Shown: one piece after another, positions 30,450 through 39,969 of the stretch | How the letters are laid out: each line of letters opens with the position of its first letter | Position numbering within the stretch: position 1 is the stretch's first letter | Assembly: GCA_032128875.1 (NCBI GenBank) | Contig: JAVLKG010000009.1 | Span: forward strand, 96,001 to 160,000 | Origin: Candidatus Melainabacteria bacterium 17Bon1m | Lineage (GTDB): Bacteria; Cyanobacteriota; Vampirovibrionia; Obscuribacterales; Obscuribacteraceae | Length of the DNA stretch: 64,000 nt | Direction: 5' to 3' | Program-made: the position numbers and the translations under genes | Notes under the pieces: model-generated | What the model was told of the DNA's origin: nothing | What the model saw: the letters and a program-made list of their open reading frames with translations, nothing else | Databases searched by the model: none

Positions 30450-30522
30450 TGCGTCCGGTGCGACTCGAACGCACGACCAATCGGTTAAAAGCCGAGTGCT
30501 CTACCGGCTGAGCTACGGACGC
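30450..30522 (-). tRNA. tRNA-Lys (anticodon TTT), CCA not encoded
   Basis: Reverse complement GCGTCCGTAGCTCAGCCGGTAGAGCACTCGGCTTTTAACCGATTGGTCGTGCGTTCGAGTCGCACCGGACGCA folds as a cloverleaf with TTCGA in the T-loop. Confidence 0.97.
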
Positions 30523-30624
30523 ATAGCAGGCGAAGATTCATCCTATCAATCACGCAGACCGCGTGTCAAGAACACTGAATTTCCCCCATTCACATATCAT
30601 GCAACAAGAATGGAGAATTGCTAG

Positions 30625-33618
30625 TTGAAAAGGCTGTTGAACAGCATCGGAGAACAGGCTGGGCGGCTGCCCACGGCAAAGTTCTTTGGTCTGTTAAGAC
30701 AGCCGAACATTTTTCCCATCTTGCTGTTTGCCCTCGCATTAAGCATTAGAGCCTTCTACGTTTTGCACTGCGAGCACCTCGTTTGTGAATTTGGTGACGC
30801 TTATTACTACCTGACGACCGGCGCTGCTCTGGCAAAAGTCTTGTCGACTGCCACTGATTGGGCTGGGCTTTTCCAGCAGATCACCTCCTCTACGCCGATT
30901 TCTCCTGAGGATGGAGGCACTTTTACATCTTCCCAGCTGCCTGTTCGTTTGATGTTGGACGGTCCTATATATCCGGCATATCTTGCGGTGCTGGCTTCTA
31001 TCTTTGGGTTTGCCAGCCAGGCAAAAATGCAGTTCAACAACTATGCGACTCAAATTGCGCTGGCAAACGCATGTATAGATTCTTTCAGTTGCCTGCTGCT
31101 TTATTTTCTAGGCAGTCGGGCTTTCGGCAGAAGAGTCGGAGCGATGGCAGCACTGCTGTTCGTCTTCTATCCCGCAGCATCAATAAATTTGTCCAGAGCT
31201 TACAGCGAAACTTTTTCGTACTTCCTGCTGCTTTCCTTGATGTCCACAGCTGTTATGGCGCGAGTAGAGAAGTTGCGCATCGCTGCACTTTGCGGAATTG
31301 CGTTGCAATTTGGATTTCTCTTTGCTTGCGTAACTTTGGTGCGACCAATTTTTGTGCTTGTTGTTGCATCAATTGTCGCATCGCTTGTGCTTTGTGACGT
31401 TATCTGCAAAACCAATGGCAATTCAAAGTGGTATCAGAGTTGGTTTGGAAAACGCCGCCTTGCCGCTCTTGTTTTGTCCGTGATTGGCGCACTGATTATT
31501 TTTATTCCCTGGAGTCAGATAACTGGGAAGTCTCTCGGACAGCCGACTTTCCTTCTCAGCAGAGCACCGGCATACAATCTTTTTGTCGGCAATCAAGTTA
31601 TGACAGACGGGTGGAAAACTTGGCCCATCGTACCTGGATACTCGGGCGACACAAAAGTCGTAATGAACGGCATCCTCGAAAACTTCCTCAGACAGCCATT
31701 CGAGATGGTCGCTTTGGAGCTGAAAAAGGTGCCTCGGCTCTGGGCTGGAGGCTGGAACGAGTTTCGCTATCCGTTTTTCGGTTTGAGTGTCGAGGGGCAA
31801 AACATCTGGCATGGACTGCTTTTACTCCTGGCATTTATAGGTGTTTGCCTGACCGCAGCAAGAATTCGCTCCGAGCGTCCATTGGTTATGACTTTCGTGG
31901 GCTTGTCGTCGTTTGCAATAATCTGCGTCCATTTTTTCTATGTAGGATTTGAACCTATTTCCAGATACGGTTTGACGGCAATGCCTTTCGTCTGCCTCTT
32001 TGCCGCTGTCTCAATAGTTGCTTTACTGCGGCAACAGGCGATTTTTCAACTTGCACTATTAATGATTGGTGGTGCTGGCTTCATAGGATTATTGGAAAGC
32101 AAAATCAGTTTTGCACCCACGATCTTGCAAAATTTTCCAGCGATGCGAATTGGTACCGCACGTATCGTGGAAGAAGTCGTAGTACTAGCCGTTTGGTTCT
32201 TTTTGGCGCAAATTAGCATTCGCGTAATTACTGCTGCCAAAGGTTCAGCGCTCATACCGCAGTCCAAAAATCTTGTTATTGGCTGCTTCGCCTTAGCAGG
32301 ATTGAGTTGGTTTGCGGCTGCTCACTTTGATCGCAGCAATGGAGAGTGGTTTTGCGATGTACGTACTCAGGTGCAGACAATTTCGCAAGATGCTGCAGTC
32401 CCTCCCGCGGCAGAGTTAGCGTCTTGGCTTAGTGAGACGAAAGGCGCAAACTGCCTGGACCCGAAGAACACTGTTTTTGTACTCTTTGATTGTGAGCACG
32501 ATATGGGGCAGCCGGCTGTTGCCATCAATGTCAACCGTGTTACTTGGCGTACCGTCGCATTGCCTTGGAATCAAGTGCTTGGAAAAGAAGGCGATATCTC
32601 TACCATTATGAATATGCAAGGAAGCGCGATGACCAAAGATTGGCGAAGCTTTCGCCAATGGTGGGCGATTCCTATTCCCCGCGGTCTTCTAAAGCCGGGA
32701 GCCGCAAACGAGATTGCCATAAATTTTGAATTTGCTGAAGCAACACCGCCGGTTCGTGTGTTCGGCGACTACTTCCCTACTGAAGATACTGAAACGCTCA
32801 ATCTGCCTTCCTTCGATTTCTTTTCCTGGACACGCGGGTTTGCTACCTACGATACGCGAGACACTCGCGTCTACACATTGATACCTGGTTTGGCGAAAGT
32901 GACGAACCCTGCGCTCTGGTTTGTTCGCACCACAGAAACGAAGGATCTTTCCACTGAGCCTGGTCTGCAGACTGGAGCCTATCGAATTCGCTTTGCTATA
33001 CCGCGCGCACCGGCAACACAAGCGTCAGCGACAAAGGAGCCCGCAAAGCCTGAGCAATCAGAAGGAAAGTCTGAGCAATCAGAACCGCCAAAAACTGAGA
33101 AGCTAGACTCTCTAAAACCTGAGCAATTTGAAGAGTTTGCACCTGTCTCACTTGCGAAGCGACTCGATGAGGTCACTATAGATGGTGGCAACCCACTTTC
33201 ATATCAGGTGTTTAAGGAGAGTCAAAAACTGCCCACCAATATTCACAAAGGCGCAATTATCGACTTTGGGTGTTTGATCAAATCCGATCGAAAACGGCAA
33301 GGTGGACCGATTTCGGTAATCCTCGAAGGAACAAACGACAAGGGTGAGTTGGAGAAATACAACTTTCCCTGGCAACCAACAGCGGTAAGCTATGACGTTG
33401 GTTATCGTCGTTTTCACGCTTCGTACATCATTCCTGATCGAATACTTGGATTAAAGAACCCTGCCGTCAGAGTGGTGGTTTCTCCCTTTCCTATCGACGA
33501 ACTTGTGTTGAACAAGAAAAAGGCGATACACGAAGTGCTTATCGTTAAGGATGCGAATCTGACTCTCTATTCGCCCTTACCGCTGCCATCCAATAATCCC
33601 GATTGGATGATTTTCTAG
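30625..33618 (+). CDS. Large polytopic GT-C fold (ArnT/PMT-like) glycosyltransferase with extracytoplasmic C-terminal domain
   Basis: GDAYYY, PIYPAYLA, AYSETF, TLVRP motifs; more than 10 TM helices; TTG start uncertain. Confidence 0.75.
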   Translation: MKRLLNSIGEQAGRLPTAKFFGLLRQPNIFPILLFALALSIRAFYVLHCEHLVCEFGDAYYYLTTGAALAKVLSTATDWAGLFQQITSSTPISPEDGGTFTSSQLPVRLMLDGPIYPAYLAVLASIFGFASQAKMQFNNYATQIALANACIDSFSCLLLYFLGSRAFGRRVGAMAALLFVFYPAASINLSRAYSETFSYFLLLSLMSTAVMARVEKLRIAALCGIALQFGFLFACVTLVRPIFVLVVASIVASLVLCDVICKTNGNSKWYQSWFGKRRLAALVLSVIGALIIFIPWSQITGKSLGQPTFLLSRAPAYNLFVGNQVMTDGWKTWPIVPGYSGDTKVVMNGILENFLRQPFEMVALELKKVPRLWAGGWNEFRYPFFGLSVEGQNIWHGLLLLLAFIGVCLTAARIRSERPLVMTFVGLSSFAIICVHFFYVGFEPISRYGLTAMPFVCLFAAVSIVALLRQQAIFQLALLMIGGAGFIGLLESKISFAPTILQNFPAMRIGTARIVEEVVVLAVWFFLAQISIRVITAAKGSALIPQSKNLVIGCFALAGLSWFAAAHFDRSNGEWFCDVRTQVQTISQDAAVPPAAELASWLSETKGANCLDPKNTVFVLFDCEHDMGQPAVAINVNRVTWRTVALPWNQVLGKEGDISTIMNMQGSAMTKDWRSFRQWWAIPIPRGLLKPGAANEIAINFEFAEATPPVRVFGDYFPTEDTETLNLPSFDFFSWTRGFATYDTRDTRVYTLIPGLAKVTNPALWFVRTTETKDLSTEPGLQTGAYRIRFAIPRAPATQASATKEPAKPEQSEGKSEQSEPPKTEKLDSLKPEQFEEFAPVSLAKRLDEVTIDGGNPLSYQVFKESQKLPTNIHKGAIIDFGCLIKSDRKRQGGPISVILEGTNDKGELEKYNFPWQPTAVSYDVGYRRFHASYIIPDRILGLKNPAVRVVVSPFPIDELVLNKKKAIHEVLIVKDANLTLYSPLPLPSNNPDWMIF

Positions 33619-35129
33619 TTATTGTTTTGTTCTTTGTCGTCGACTAAAGCCTTGAAGAACGGCTGACCTTGCTCTGCGACATACTTGTGACCATGCGCAG
33701 TCAGGTGCATGAAGTAGAAAATTTTGTCTGCTTCTTTCTTTGGCATCTTATCTATGGGAGCTTGCAGGTCGAGGAATGGTATTCCATGAGATTCACAGAA
33801 AGGCTTGATGGCTGCGATTTCCTTATCGTAGGTCAGGTCCATAACACCGATGTTGTCGGCTGTCTCTGTGAGTGCCAGCTTGCTCGGAGAAATGGCGACT
33901 GCAAATTTTGCGCCCTTCGCCTGGCATGCTTTGTTCATGTCTTCAAAGAGTGAATTCACCGTCTTGTGCATCAAATTGAAGTACACGGTCTTTCTTTTCT
34001 CTTCCGCTTCTTTTTCTTCTGCGGCACGTTTTTCTTCTTCTGTCCGTGCCTTAGCAACTGGGAATTCGTTCAATGACGGAACATTGATGATGCTTGAATT
34101 GACTGACGGATTCATCGCGTCGGCATTGCCATGTTTTACAACTGGCTTGGCGGCTTTGCTTTTCGCTACAGTTTTTTGGTCTTCGAAAAACTGAATCTTG
34201 AACGACGACGATTTCGAGTCTAGCTTCAAGGCTTTTACAGCCTCAGCCATTACTGTTTTCGGAGTGAGCTCAGTGATTGCCTTGATGTTAGCCTGAACTG
34301 TTTTTACCGGGTTGGTGAAGAAGCCATTGACCGCTCTATAAATAGGATCATTGAAGCTCGCTTGAGTTTCCCAAGCCGAGATCAATCCCCATATGCGGCT
34401 GTTTTCTCTTATCCAACTAATTGAGGTAAGGAATTTGCCGCGCGGTGATTTCATCCACGCCTTTACTGATTGGTTGTCGATAGTGAGCGGTTGGTTCGGC
34501 AAATGAAGAGCGTAGGGACGAACGTTTGTAATCGTTTGATCCGGCGGTGACCAATTTTCGAAAAGATCTCTGTGGCTATAGAAAACAACGACAGCATCCG
34601 GGCTGTAATCCAAAACCTTGCCCTTCAGTTGGAGGTCTTCTTGTGCGGTCGAATAGCCGGAATTGCCGAAATTGAGGATCTGCACATCCTTACCGCTTGC
34701 ACTTTTCTTGATTGTTTTTTCGAGCAATTGACCGAATGTTTCTTCCAGCGGAACTTGCAGCGCTTCTACCATCGAGTCGCCCAGGAGCGCGATGCGGTAT
34801 ACGCCTGCTGGTTTTTGAATTGTAAGTCCGGGCTCTCGCATGCCATCGGGTCCGAAGTAACTCACGGCATAGCCTTCAGAGCGCCAGGTAACGCGCTTGT
34901 TGTTCATGTGCACGAAACCGTATTTCGGATCGAGCCTGTAAATTTCTTCTTCCCCTAGCTTTGCTTGCGATAAGGTGAATTCGACCAGAAGAATTGCGGC
35001 GATTTGCCAGGCGATGATTGAGAGTGCCAAGGCGACTCCTTTGGTCAGCTTCGAGCGGAAATTGCCTGAAGGTGGCGTCTTTTCCACACTCGTCTGTTTT
35101 TCAATTTTTGGCGGTGCTGCAGTAGTCAT
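33615..35129 (-). CDS. SGNH/GDSL hydrolase-fold protein (AlgJ/AlgX/PatB-like O-acetyltransferase partner)
   Basis: N-terminal TM; RIALLGDSM, NFGNSGYST, MHLTAHGH. Confidence 0.8.
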   Translation of the reverse strand: MTTAAPPKIEKQTSVEKTPPSGNFRSKLTKGVALALSIIAWQIAAILLVEFTLSQAKLGEEEIYRLDPKYGFVHMNNKRVTWRSEGYAVSYFGPDGMREPGLTIQKPAGVYRIALLGDSMVEALQVPLEETFGQLLEKTIKKSASGKDVQILNFGNSGYSTAQEDLQLKGKVLDYSPDAVVVFYSHRDLFENWSPPDQTITNVRPYALHLPNQPLTIDNQSVKAWMKSPRGKFLTSISWIRENSRIWGLISAWETQASFNDPIYRAVNGFFTNPVKTVQANIKAITELTPKTVMAEAVKALKLDSKSSSFKIQFFEDQKTVAKSKAAKPVVKHGNADAMNPSVNSSIINVPSLNEFPVAKARTEEEKRAAEEKEAEEKRKTVYFNLMHKTVNSLFEDMNKACQAKGAKFAVAISPSKLALTETADNIGVMDLTYDKEIAAIKPFCESHGIPFLDLQAPIDKMPKKEADKIFYFMHLTAHGHKYVAEQGQPFFKALVDDKEQNNN

Positions 35130-35138
35130 TTTGCCCCA

Positions 35139-36662
35139 CTAAAATTGGAAATACACAAAAGGAACCGCCTCGGTCGGTCGCGCAGCGAACATCAGTAAGC
35201 ATGCGGCTGTCCAAGATGCAAACCGAACCGGCCAATCGAATGTTTTTCCGTCTTGCGAAAGTCCCAAAGTCTTGGCTACAGACATGAGAAATTCCGATTT
35301 AGATACTTTGTCAGTCAATAACCAGAAAGCAAAGTACAAGCAGGCGATGTAGATTACACCTGACTTTTCGACGGTGGAGTAGAGCGTGCATGGCCCGTGG
35401 AAGTTGAGCATGCTGGTGAGCATATTCATTGCATGCGGCATATCAGGCGCACGGAAAACTGCATAAGTAATGATGATAAATAGAACCACAGCGCTATGGG
35501 AGAGGAGAATGCCAGGCTTCGATTCACACAGAGCGTTAAGCGTTGGAGATTTTTTGAGCAGCCCTTTCCATTCGCGATTTACGCACAAACCAATGCCTTG
35601 CGCTGCGCCGAAAACAATGTAATGCCAGCTAGCTCCGTGCCAGACACCGCAAGCGACCATTGTGATGAAGAGGTTTCGCCACTGCAAAAGCATGCCGGTG
35701 CGATTGCCGCCCAACGGAATATAGATGTAATCCCTGAGCCAGCTTCCGAGTGTCATATGCCATCTGCGCCAGAAATCAGCCAGATCGCGTGACAGATAGG
35801 GGAGGTTGAAGTTTTCCGGGAGCCTGATGCCGAGCAGTAATGCCGAGCCTCTGCCTATGTCCGTATAGCCGGAGAAGTCACAATACACTTGAATGAAAAA
35901 GCCGACAGCGGCAATCCATGCGTCAGGCGCAGAGAGTAGCTGCGTTGTGCTGAAGGGCGCTGCCACGACGTAACCCAGCGGATCAGCGATAGCAACCTTT
36001 TTGAATAGTCCCTGAACGATAAGTCTCGAAGCTTCGACAAACTGATCTTTATCGAGCGGCGTAGGGGTGCGCAGCGTCTCGGTAAACTGCTTGTATCGTT
36101 TGATGGGACCAGCGATTTGAGACGGGAAAAATGAAGCGAATGCGGCGAATTCCATAAAGGAACGCATGGGTTTGTCGCCGCGATAAACATCAACGATGTA
36201 ATGGACGAATTCAAATATAAAGAATGAAATGCCGAGTGGAAGAATGACGCTGTAGACAGGAGCGTCCCAGGGATTGGCCGCGGCGACTTTGAAGATGGGG
36301 AACGCATTCATCTGGGTGATGAACAGGTTGTATGCATTGACCACTTGCTCCATGATCCAGCTTGCGTACTTGTAGTAAACAAGCAAGCCGACGTTGAGCA
36401 GAACACCAAGAGCAAAAACGCTATTGTGCAGCAGCGATTTGTTTGCGCCGTCCACCGGGCGAGTTTTATCAATCGCAAAGGCAATGCCAAAATTGAAGGC
36501 CGTCAGAGCAAAAAGAAGCAGACCATAAATCGGCAACCAGCTCATGTAGAAGAAATAGCTGGAAAGCACGACAATTGCCAGTCGTGCACCGCCCGTAGTG
36601 CGCCAGTAAAGGAAGACAACTATGGGCAGGAAGATAACGTATTGGAGGCTGCTAAAAATCAA
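35139..36662 (-). CDS. MBOAT family O-acyltransferase (AlgI/DltB/PatA-like)
   Basis: LPLGISFFIF, FFPSQIAGPI, YCDFSGYTDI, ENFNLPY, FWRRWHMTL, GVWHGA, ends FVYFQF. Confidence 0.95.
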   Translation of the reverse strand: MIFSSLQYVIFLPIVVFLYWRTTGGARLAIVVLSSYFFYMSWLPIYGLLLFALTAFNFGIAFAIDKTRPVDGANKSLLHNSVFALGVLLNVGLLVYYKYASWIMEQVVNAYNLFITQMNAFPIFKVAAANPWDAPVYSVILPLGISFFIFEFVHYIVDVYRGDKPMRSFMEFAAFASFFPSQIAGPIKRYKQFTETLRTPTPLDKDQFVEASRLIVQGLFKKVAIADPLGYVVAAPFSTTQLLSAPDAWIAAVGFFIQVYCDFSGYTDIGRGSALLLGIRLPENFNLPYLSRDLADFWRRWHMTLGSWLRDYIYIPLGGNRTGMLLQWRNLFITMVACGVWHGASWHYIVFGAAQGIGLCVNREWKGLLKKSPTLNALCESKPGILLSHSAVVLFIIITYAVFRAPDMPHAMNMLTSMLNFHGPCTLYSTVEKSGVIYIACLYFAFWLLTDKVSKSEFLMSVAKTLGLSQDGKTFDWPVRFASWTAACLLMFAARPTEAVPFVYFQF

Positions 36663-36665
36663 AGG

Positions 36666-36698
36666 CTTGATCCTTGATCCCTGATCCTTGATCCCTGA
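36666..36698. repeat. Tandem heptamer C(T/C)TGATC x4.5
   Basis: cttgatc cttgatc cctgatc cttgatc cctga. Confidence 0.8.
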
Positions 36699-36838
36699 CT
36701 ACTCGGCTATCGGCTCGAAGCTCAAACCAGTTGAGGCTGTAGGAGGTCGGCAAACGAGCTCAGGTAAGTATACAAGTGGGGCTTCTGCCGTGTATGCCAA
36801 GTCCTTAATCTTTGACTTTGAAACCTCCATTTACAAGC

Positions 36839-36949
36839 GTAGGAGCGATGCCATGCATTGCCCCGACTAAGGGCGTTTTCGCAGGATTGGTTGAAGTTGT
36901 TTGGCCTATCGCTGAGGTAGATCCGGGCGACGTATGGCGTCACCCCTAC
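36839..36949. repeat. Inverted pair of REP-like palindromes (REPIN-like doublet)
   Basis: gtaggagcgatgccatgcattgcccc (36839-36864) and gggcgacgtatggcgtcacccctac (36925-36949). Confidence 0.7.
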
Positions 36950-37136
36950 AGTGATTCGATGCGATTAGATATTGCTTATTCTGCAAGAAAAACTTATCGA
37001 TATTTCGCCTGTATATCGACTGAGATCGAGTAAGACTCTGACTCTGGCTACTCGCGCTTGAAATCTCGGAGGATCTTCCGTATCTTCGACTAGGGCAAGA
37101 ATTTCGCCTTGATTAGCAACCATTAATCACGACGGC

Positions 37137-37166
37137 TTGACCATATTATTAATAGATTAGTAGTAT
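37137..37166 (+). promoter_or_regulatory. Putative sigma-70 promoter of the pyrimidine catabolism operon
   Basis: TTGACC-18 bp AT-rich spacer-TAGTAT. Confidence 0.55.
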
Positions 37167-37171
37167 CTTCA

Positions 37172-37345
37172 CACTACAAATAGATACCCGTCAGATCGAC
37201 GTAGTTGGCATCCGGTTCAACAACCATTTGGTGCTTACCAATCTTTCCTGGCGGGGGAATTTTGTTTGCTGAGAGTAGCTGCAATGCAGCTTCGGGCGAA
37301 ATTCTCCATAAGTTTGTAGCGGTGCCACTTACGTAGATACGGCCA
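37172..37345 (+). ncRNA. Structured leader RNA candidate (riboswitch/attenuator or independent ncRNA)
   Basis: Nested stems 37188-37212/37321-37342 and 37254-37268/37293-37307 plus three small hairpins; G-U pairs favour the + strand. Confidence 0.55.
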
Positions 37346-37368
37346 TCATTTTCAACTGGAGGTTGCCT

Positions 37369-38679
37369 GTGCCTTCCCATCTAAGCCGCGAAGAGCTAAA
37401 GAAGAAGCGTGATAAGTACATCATTCCGTCCGTCAAGCAGCTGTATGCTGACGCGCCCAATTTCGTGCGCGGCGAGAAGCAATTTCTCTATGACGAGAAG
37501 GGCAAAGAATACCTCGACATGTTCGCCGGTATCGTTACTGTCAGCGTCGGGCATTGCCATCCGAAAGTTGTCGAAAGAACAGTTGAACAAGTAAAAACTC
37601 TCCAGCACACATCGACTTCATTTATGACTGAGCCGATGGTTGAGTTGGCGGAAAAATTGGCTGACATAACACCAGGCAATCTTTCCAAATCATTTATCAC
37701 CAATTCCGGTACGGAAGCGAACGAAGCCGCAATTAAGCTGGCAAGACTTTCCTCCGGCAGACATGAAGTGATTGCTCTCGAGCATTCGTATCACGGCGAA
37801 TCGCACCTCGCCAACGCGCTTACAGGCAACCATAACTATCGCCCGCAGTTGCAGCCTGCAGCCGGCATCTTCTTTGCCGCTAATGCCTACTGCTATCGCT
37901 GCCCATTCCAGAAGCATCCGACAAGCTGCCATCTGGAATGCGCAAAAGATGTAGAGCGTGTGATTCAAACTCAGACTTCAGGCAAGCCGGCGGTGATGAT
38001 TGCCGAACCTATTCAAGGCGTCGGCGGAGCCATCACACCGCCAGATGAATACTTCAAAGAAGTGAAGAAGATTCTGGAAAATTATGGCGTTTTGTTTATC
38101 TCTGACGAAGTACAAACCGGCTTCGGTCGCACGGGCAAGCACATGTTCGGTATTTCAAACTGGGGTGTGCAACCCGACTTCATCACCATGGCAAAAGGTC
38201 TGGGCAACGGCTTCCCCATCGGTGCGTTTATCACCACACCTGAAATTGCAGAAGCCAACCAAAGACCTCAAATCAACACCTTTGGCGGCAACCCTGTATC
38301 GGCAGCCACCGCTTCGGCAGTCATCGACGTGATCAAAGAAGAGAAGATCATGGAGAACGCTAAGGCAATGGGCGAATACCTTTTCGAAGGTCTACATGAC
38401 CTCAAGAAAGATTTCCCGTTTATGGCCGACATTCGTGGCAAGGGCTTGATGGTTGGCATCGAAATTGCTGACGAGAACAAAAACCAAATGGTTGCTGAAA
38501 CACAAAAGATCGTTGAAGCTGCTAAAGATGACGGCGTAATCCTTGGAAAAGGCGGACTTTGGGGCAACGTCATTCGACTGAAGCCACCAATGATCATCAA
38601 CAAGGGTGACATCGATACCACACTGAAAACCATGCGCAAAGCGATGGAATCAGTGAAGAAAGTTGCAGTCACGAAATAG
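37369..38679 (+). CDS. Class III PLP aminotransferase, probably beta-alanine aminotransferase (PydD-like)
   Basis: YLDMFAGI, NSGTEANE, SYHG, AEPIQGVGG, ISDEVQTGFGRTG, TMAKGLGNG, NTFGGNP; GGAGG RBS then GTG 37369; substrate inferred from operon context. Confidence 0.88.
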   Translation: MPSHLSREELKKKRDKYIIPSVKQLYADAPNFVRGEKQFLYDEKGKEYLDMFAGIVTVSVGHCHPKVVERTVEQVKTLQHTSTSFMTEPMVELAEKLADITPGNLSKSFITNSGTEANEAAIKLARLSSGRHEVIALEHSYHGESHLANALTGNHNYRPQLQPAAGIFFAANAYCYRCPFQKHPTSCHLECAKDVERVIQTQTSGKPAVMIAEPIQGVGGAITPPDEYFKEVKKILENYGVLFISDEVQTGFGRTGKHMFGISNWGVQPDFITMAKGLGNGFPIGAFITTPEIAEANQRPQINTFGGNPVSAATASAVIDVIKEEKIMENAKAMGEYLFEGLHDLKKDFPFMADIRGKGLMVGIEIADENKNQMVAETQKIVEAAKDDGVILGKGGLWGNVIRLKPPMIINKGDIDTTLKTMRKAMESVKKVAVTK

Positions 38680-38689
38680 CCGAGTAAGT

Positions 38690-38785
38690 GTAGGGGCGAC
38701 GCATGTCTATCGCCCTGTCCTGAGTGTAGGGGCGACGCCATCCGTCTCCCAGTCCAAAGTGTAGGGGCGATGCCATGCATCGCCC
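38690..38785 (+). repeat. Three tandem REP-like palindromes (~35-bp period)
   Basis: gtaggggcga... copies at 38690, 38726 and 38761. Confidence 0.85.
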
Positions 38786-38810
38786 GGTGCAAAATCCAAG
38801 AGGAAAGAAA

Positions 38811-39698
38811 ATGTCGAATACTGTACGTTGCGGTTTGATTCAAACAAAGAACGCAATCGTCGCGCCCAATGGTGGCACCGACGCAAAGACAATCGAGAAA
38901 ATCAAAGACGCCATGTTGGAGAAGACTCTCAAGCTGACCAAAGAAGCGCATGAGAAGGGCGTCAAGATTCTCTGCTTCCAAGAACTGTTCAACGGACCAT
39001 ACTTCTGCGCAGAACAACAACCCTGCTGGTACGACCTGGCTGAAGCTGTTCCTGATGGTCCGACCATCAAGAAATTACAAGGTCTCGCAAAAGAGTACTC
39101 GATGGTTCTGGTTGTTCCTGTTTACGAGAAAGAACAAACCGGCGTCTATTACAACACTGCTGCAGTGATTGATGCCGATGGAAAGTATCTCGGTAAGTAC
39201 CGCAAGACGCATATTCCGCAAGTCAACCCCGGCTTCTGGGAGAAGTTCTACTTCCGTCCAGGCAACCTGGGATATCCGGTTTTCCAAACTCAATACGCAA
39301 CAATCGGTGTGTACATCTGCTACGACCGCCACTTCCCGGAGGGCGCACGCGCTCTGGGGTTGGCTGGTGCAGAAATCGTATTCAATCCGTCGGCTACCGT
39401 TGCAGGTTTGTCCGAATACCTGTGGAAGTTGGAGCAACCGGCACATGCTGCTGCCAATGGCTATTTCGTCGGCGCCATCAACCGCGTCGGCACAGAAGAG
39501 CCATGGAATATCGGAGAATTCTACGGACAAAGTTATTTCTGCAACCCGCGCGGACAGATCGTTGCGCAAGCATCGCGTGATAAGGAAGAGCTGTTAGTTT
39601 CCGATTTGAATCTCGACGAGATCAAAGAAGTTCGCAATACGTGGCAGTTCTACCGCGACCGCAGACCGGAAACATACGAACCCCTGGTCAAACTCTAA
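38811..39698 (+). CDS. Beta-ureidopropionase (nitrilase-superfamily N-carbamoyl-beta-alanine amidohydrolase)
   Basis: CFQELF, KYRKTHIP, FWEKFYF, ICYDRHFPE (E-K-C triad); next to preTA. Confidence 0.88.
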   Translation: MSNTVRCGLIQTKNAIVAPNGGTDAKTIEKIKDAMLEKTLKLTKEAHEKGVKILCFQELFNGPYFCAEQQPCWYDLAEAVPDGPTIKKLQGLAKEYSMVLVVPVYEKEQTGVYYNTAAVIDADGKYLGKYRKTHIPQVNPGFWEKFYFRPGNLGYPVFQTQYATIGVYICYDRHFPEGARALGLAGAEIVFNPSATVAGLSEYLWKLEQPAHAAANGYFVGAINRVGTEEPWNIGEFYGQSYFCNPRGQIVAQASRDKEELLVSDLNLDEIKEVRNTWQFYRDRRPETYEPLVKL

Positions 39699-39700
39699 GT

Positions 39701-39869
39701 ATCGTGGGGGCGCGTTGCACGCGCCCTCTATACGCGGGGGCGTGTTCCACACGCCCTCTATTGTAGGGTCGACGCCATGCGTCGACCGGTCCGAAAAAAG
39801 GAAATCGTGGGGGCGTATTGCATGCGCCCAACAGAATGAGAAGCGTAGGTGCGATGCCATGCATCGCCC
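39701..39869 (+). repeat. Five REP-like palindromes
   Basis: Copies at about 39701, 39733, 39763, 39804 and 39845, of two subtypes. Confidence 0.85.
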
Positions 39870-39969
39870 GGTATGAAGAGTCCAAAAGGTATCCCAGCAA
39901 TTAAGAACGTGCCGACGACATTCGTTGCGTCAGCTCACAAAGTTAAGTCACTGCAAAAGAGAGCAAGCA

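Noticed and set aside
30361-30522. tRNA-Lys as an integration site for a genomic island
   Set aside because: No integrase in the window and no duplicate of the tRNA 3' end noticed.
37262-37280. GCTGAGA as a TPP riboswitch core or PyrR binding loop
   Set aside because: The other TPP elements (CCTGA...AATGC...GGGA) and the PyrR CCNGNGAGG consensus are absent, and the gene context is not thiamine-related.
37174-37380. 68-aa minus-strand ORF over the structured leader
   Set aside because: No family resemblance and it overlaps the aminotransferase start; the region is better explained by RNA structure on the + strand.
38690-38785. CRISPR-like periodic repeats (also 39701-39869 and 60956-61044)
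   Set aside because: Units are degenerate, spacers are about 10 bp or absent, the same motif is dispersed singly through the window, and there are no cas genes; these are REPs and tandem repeats.
38268-39020. 250-aa antisense ORF spanning two genes and a REP cluster
   Set aside because: Overlaps two well-supported + strand enzymes; shadow ORF.
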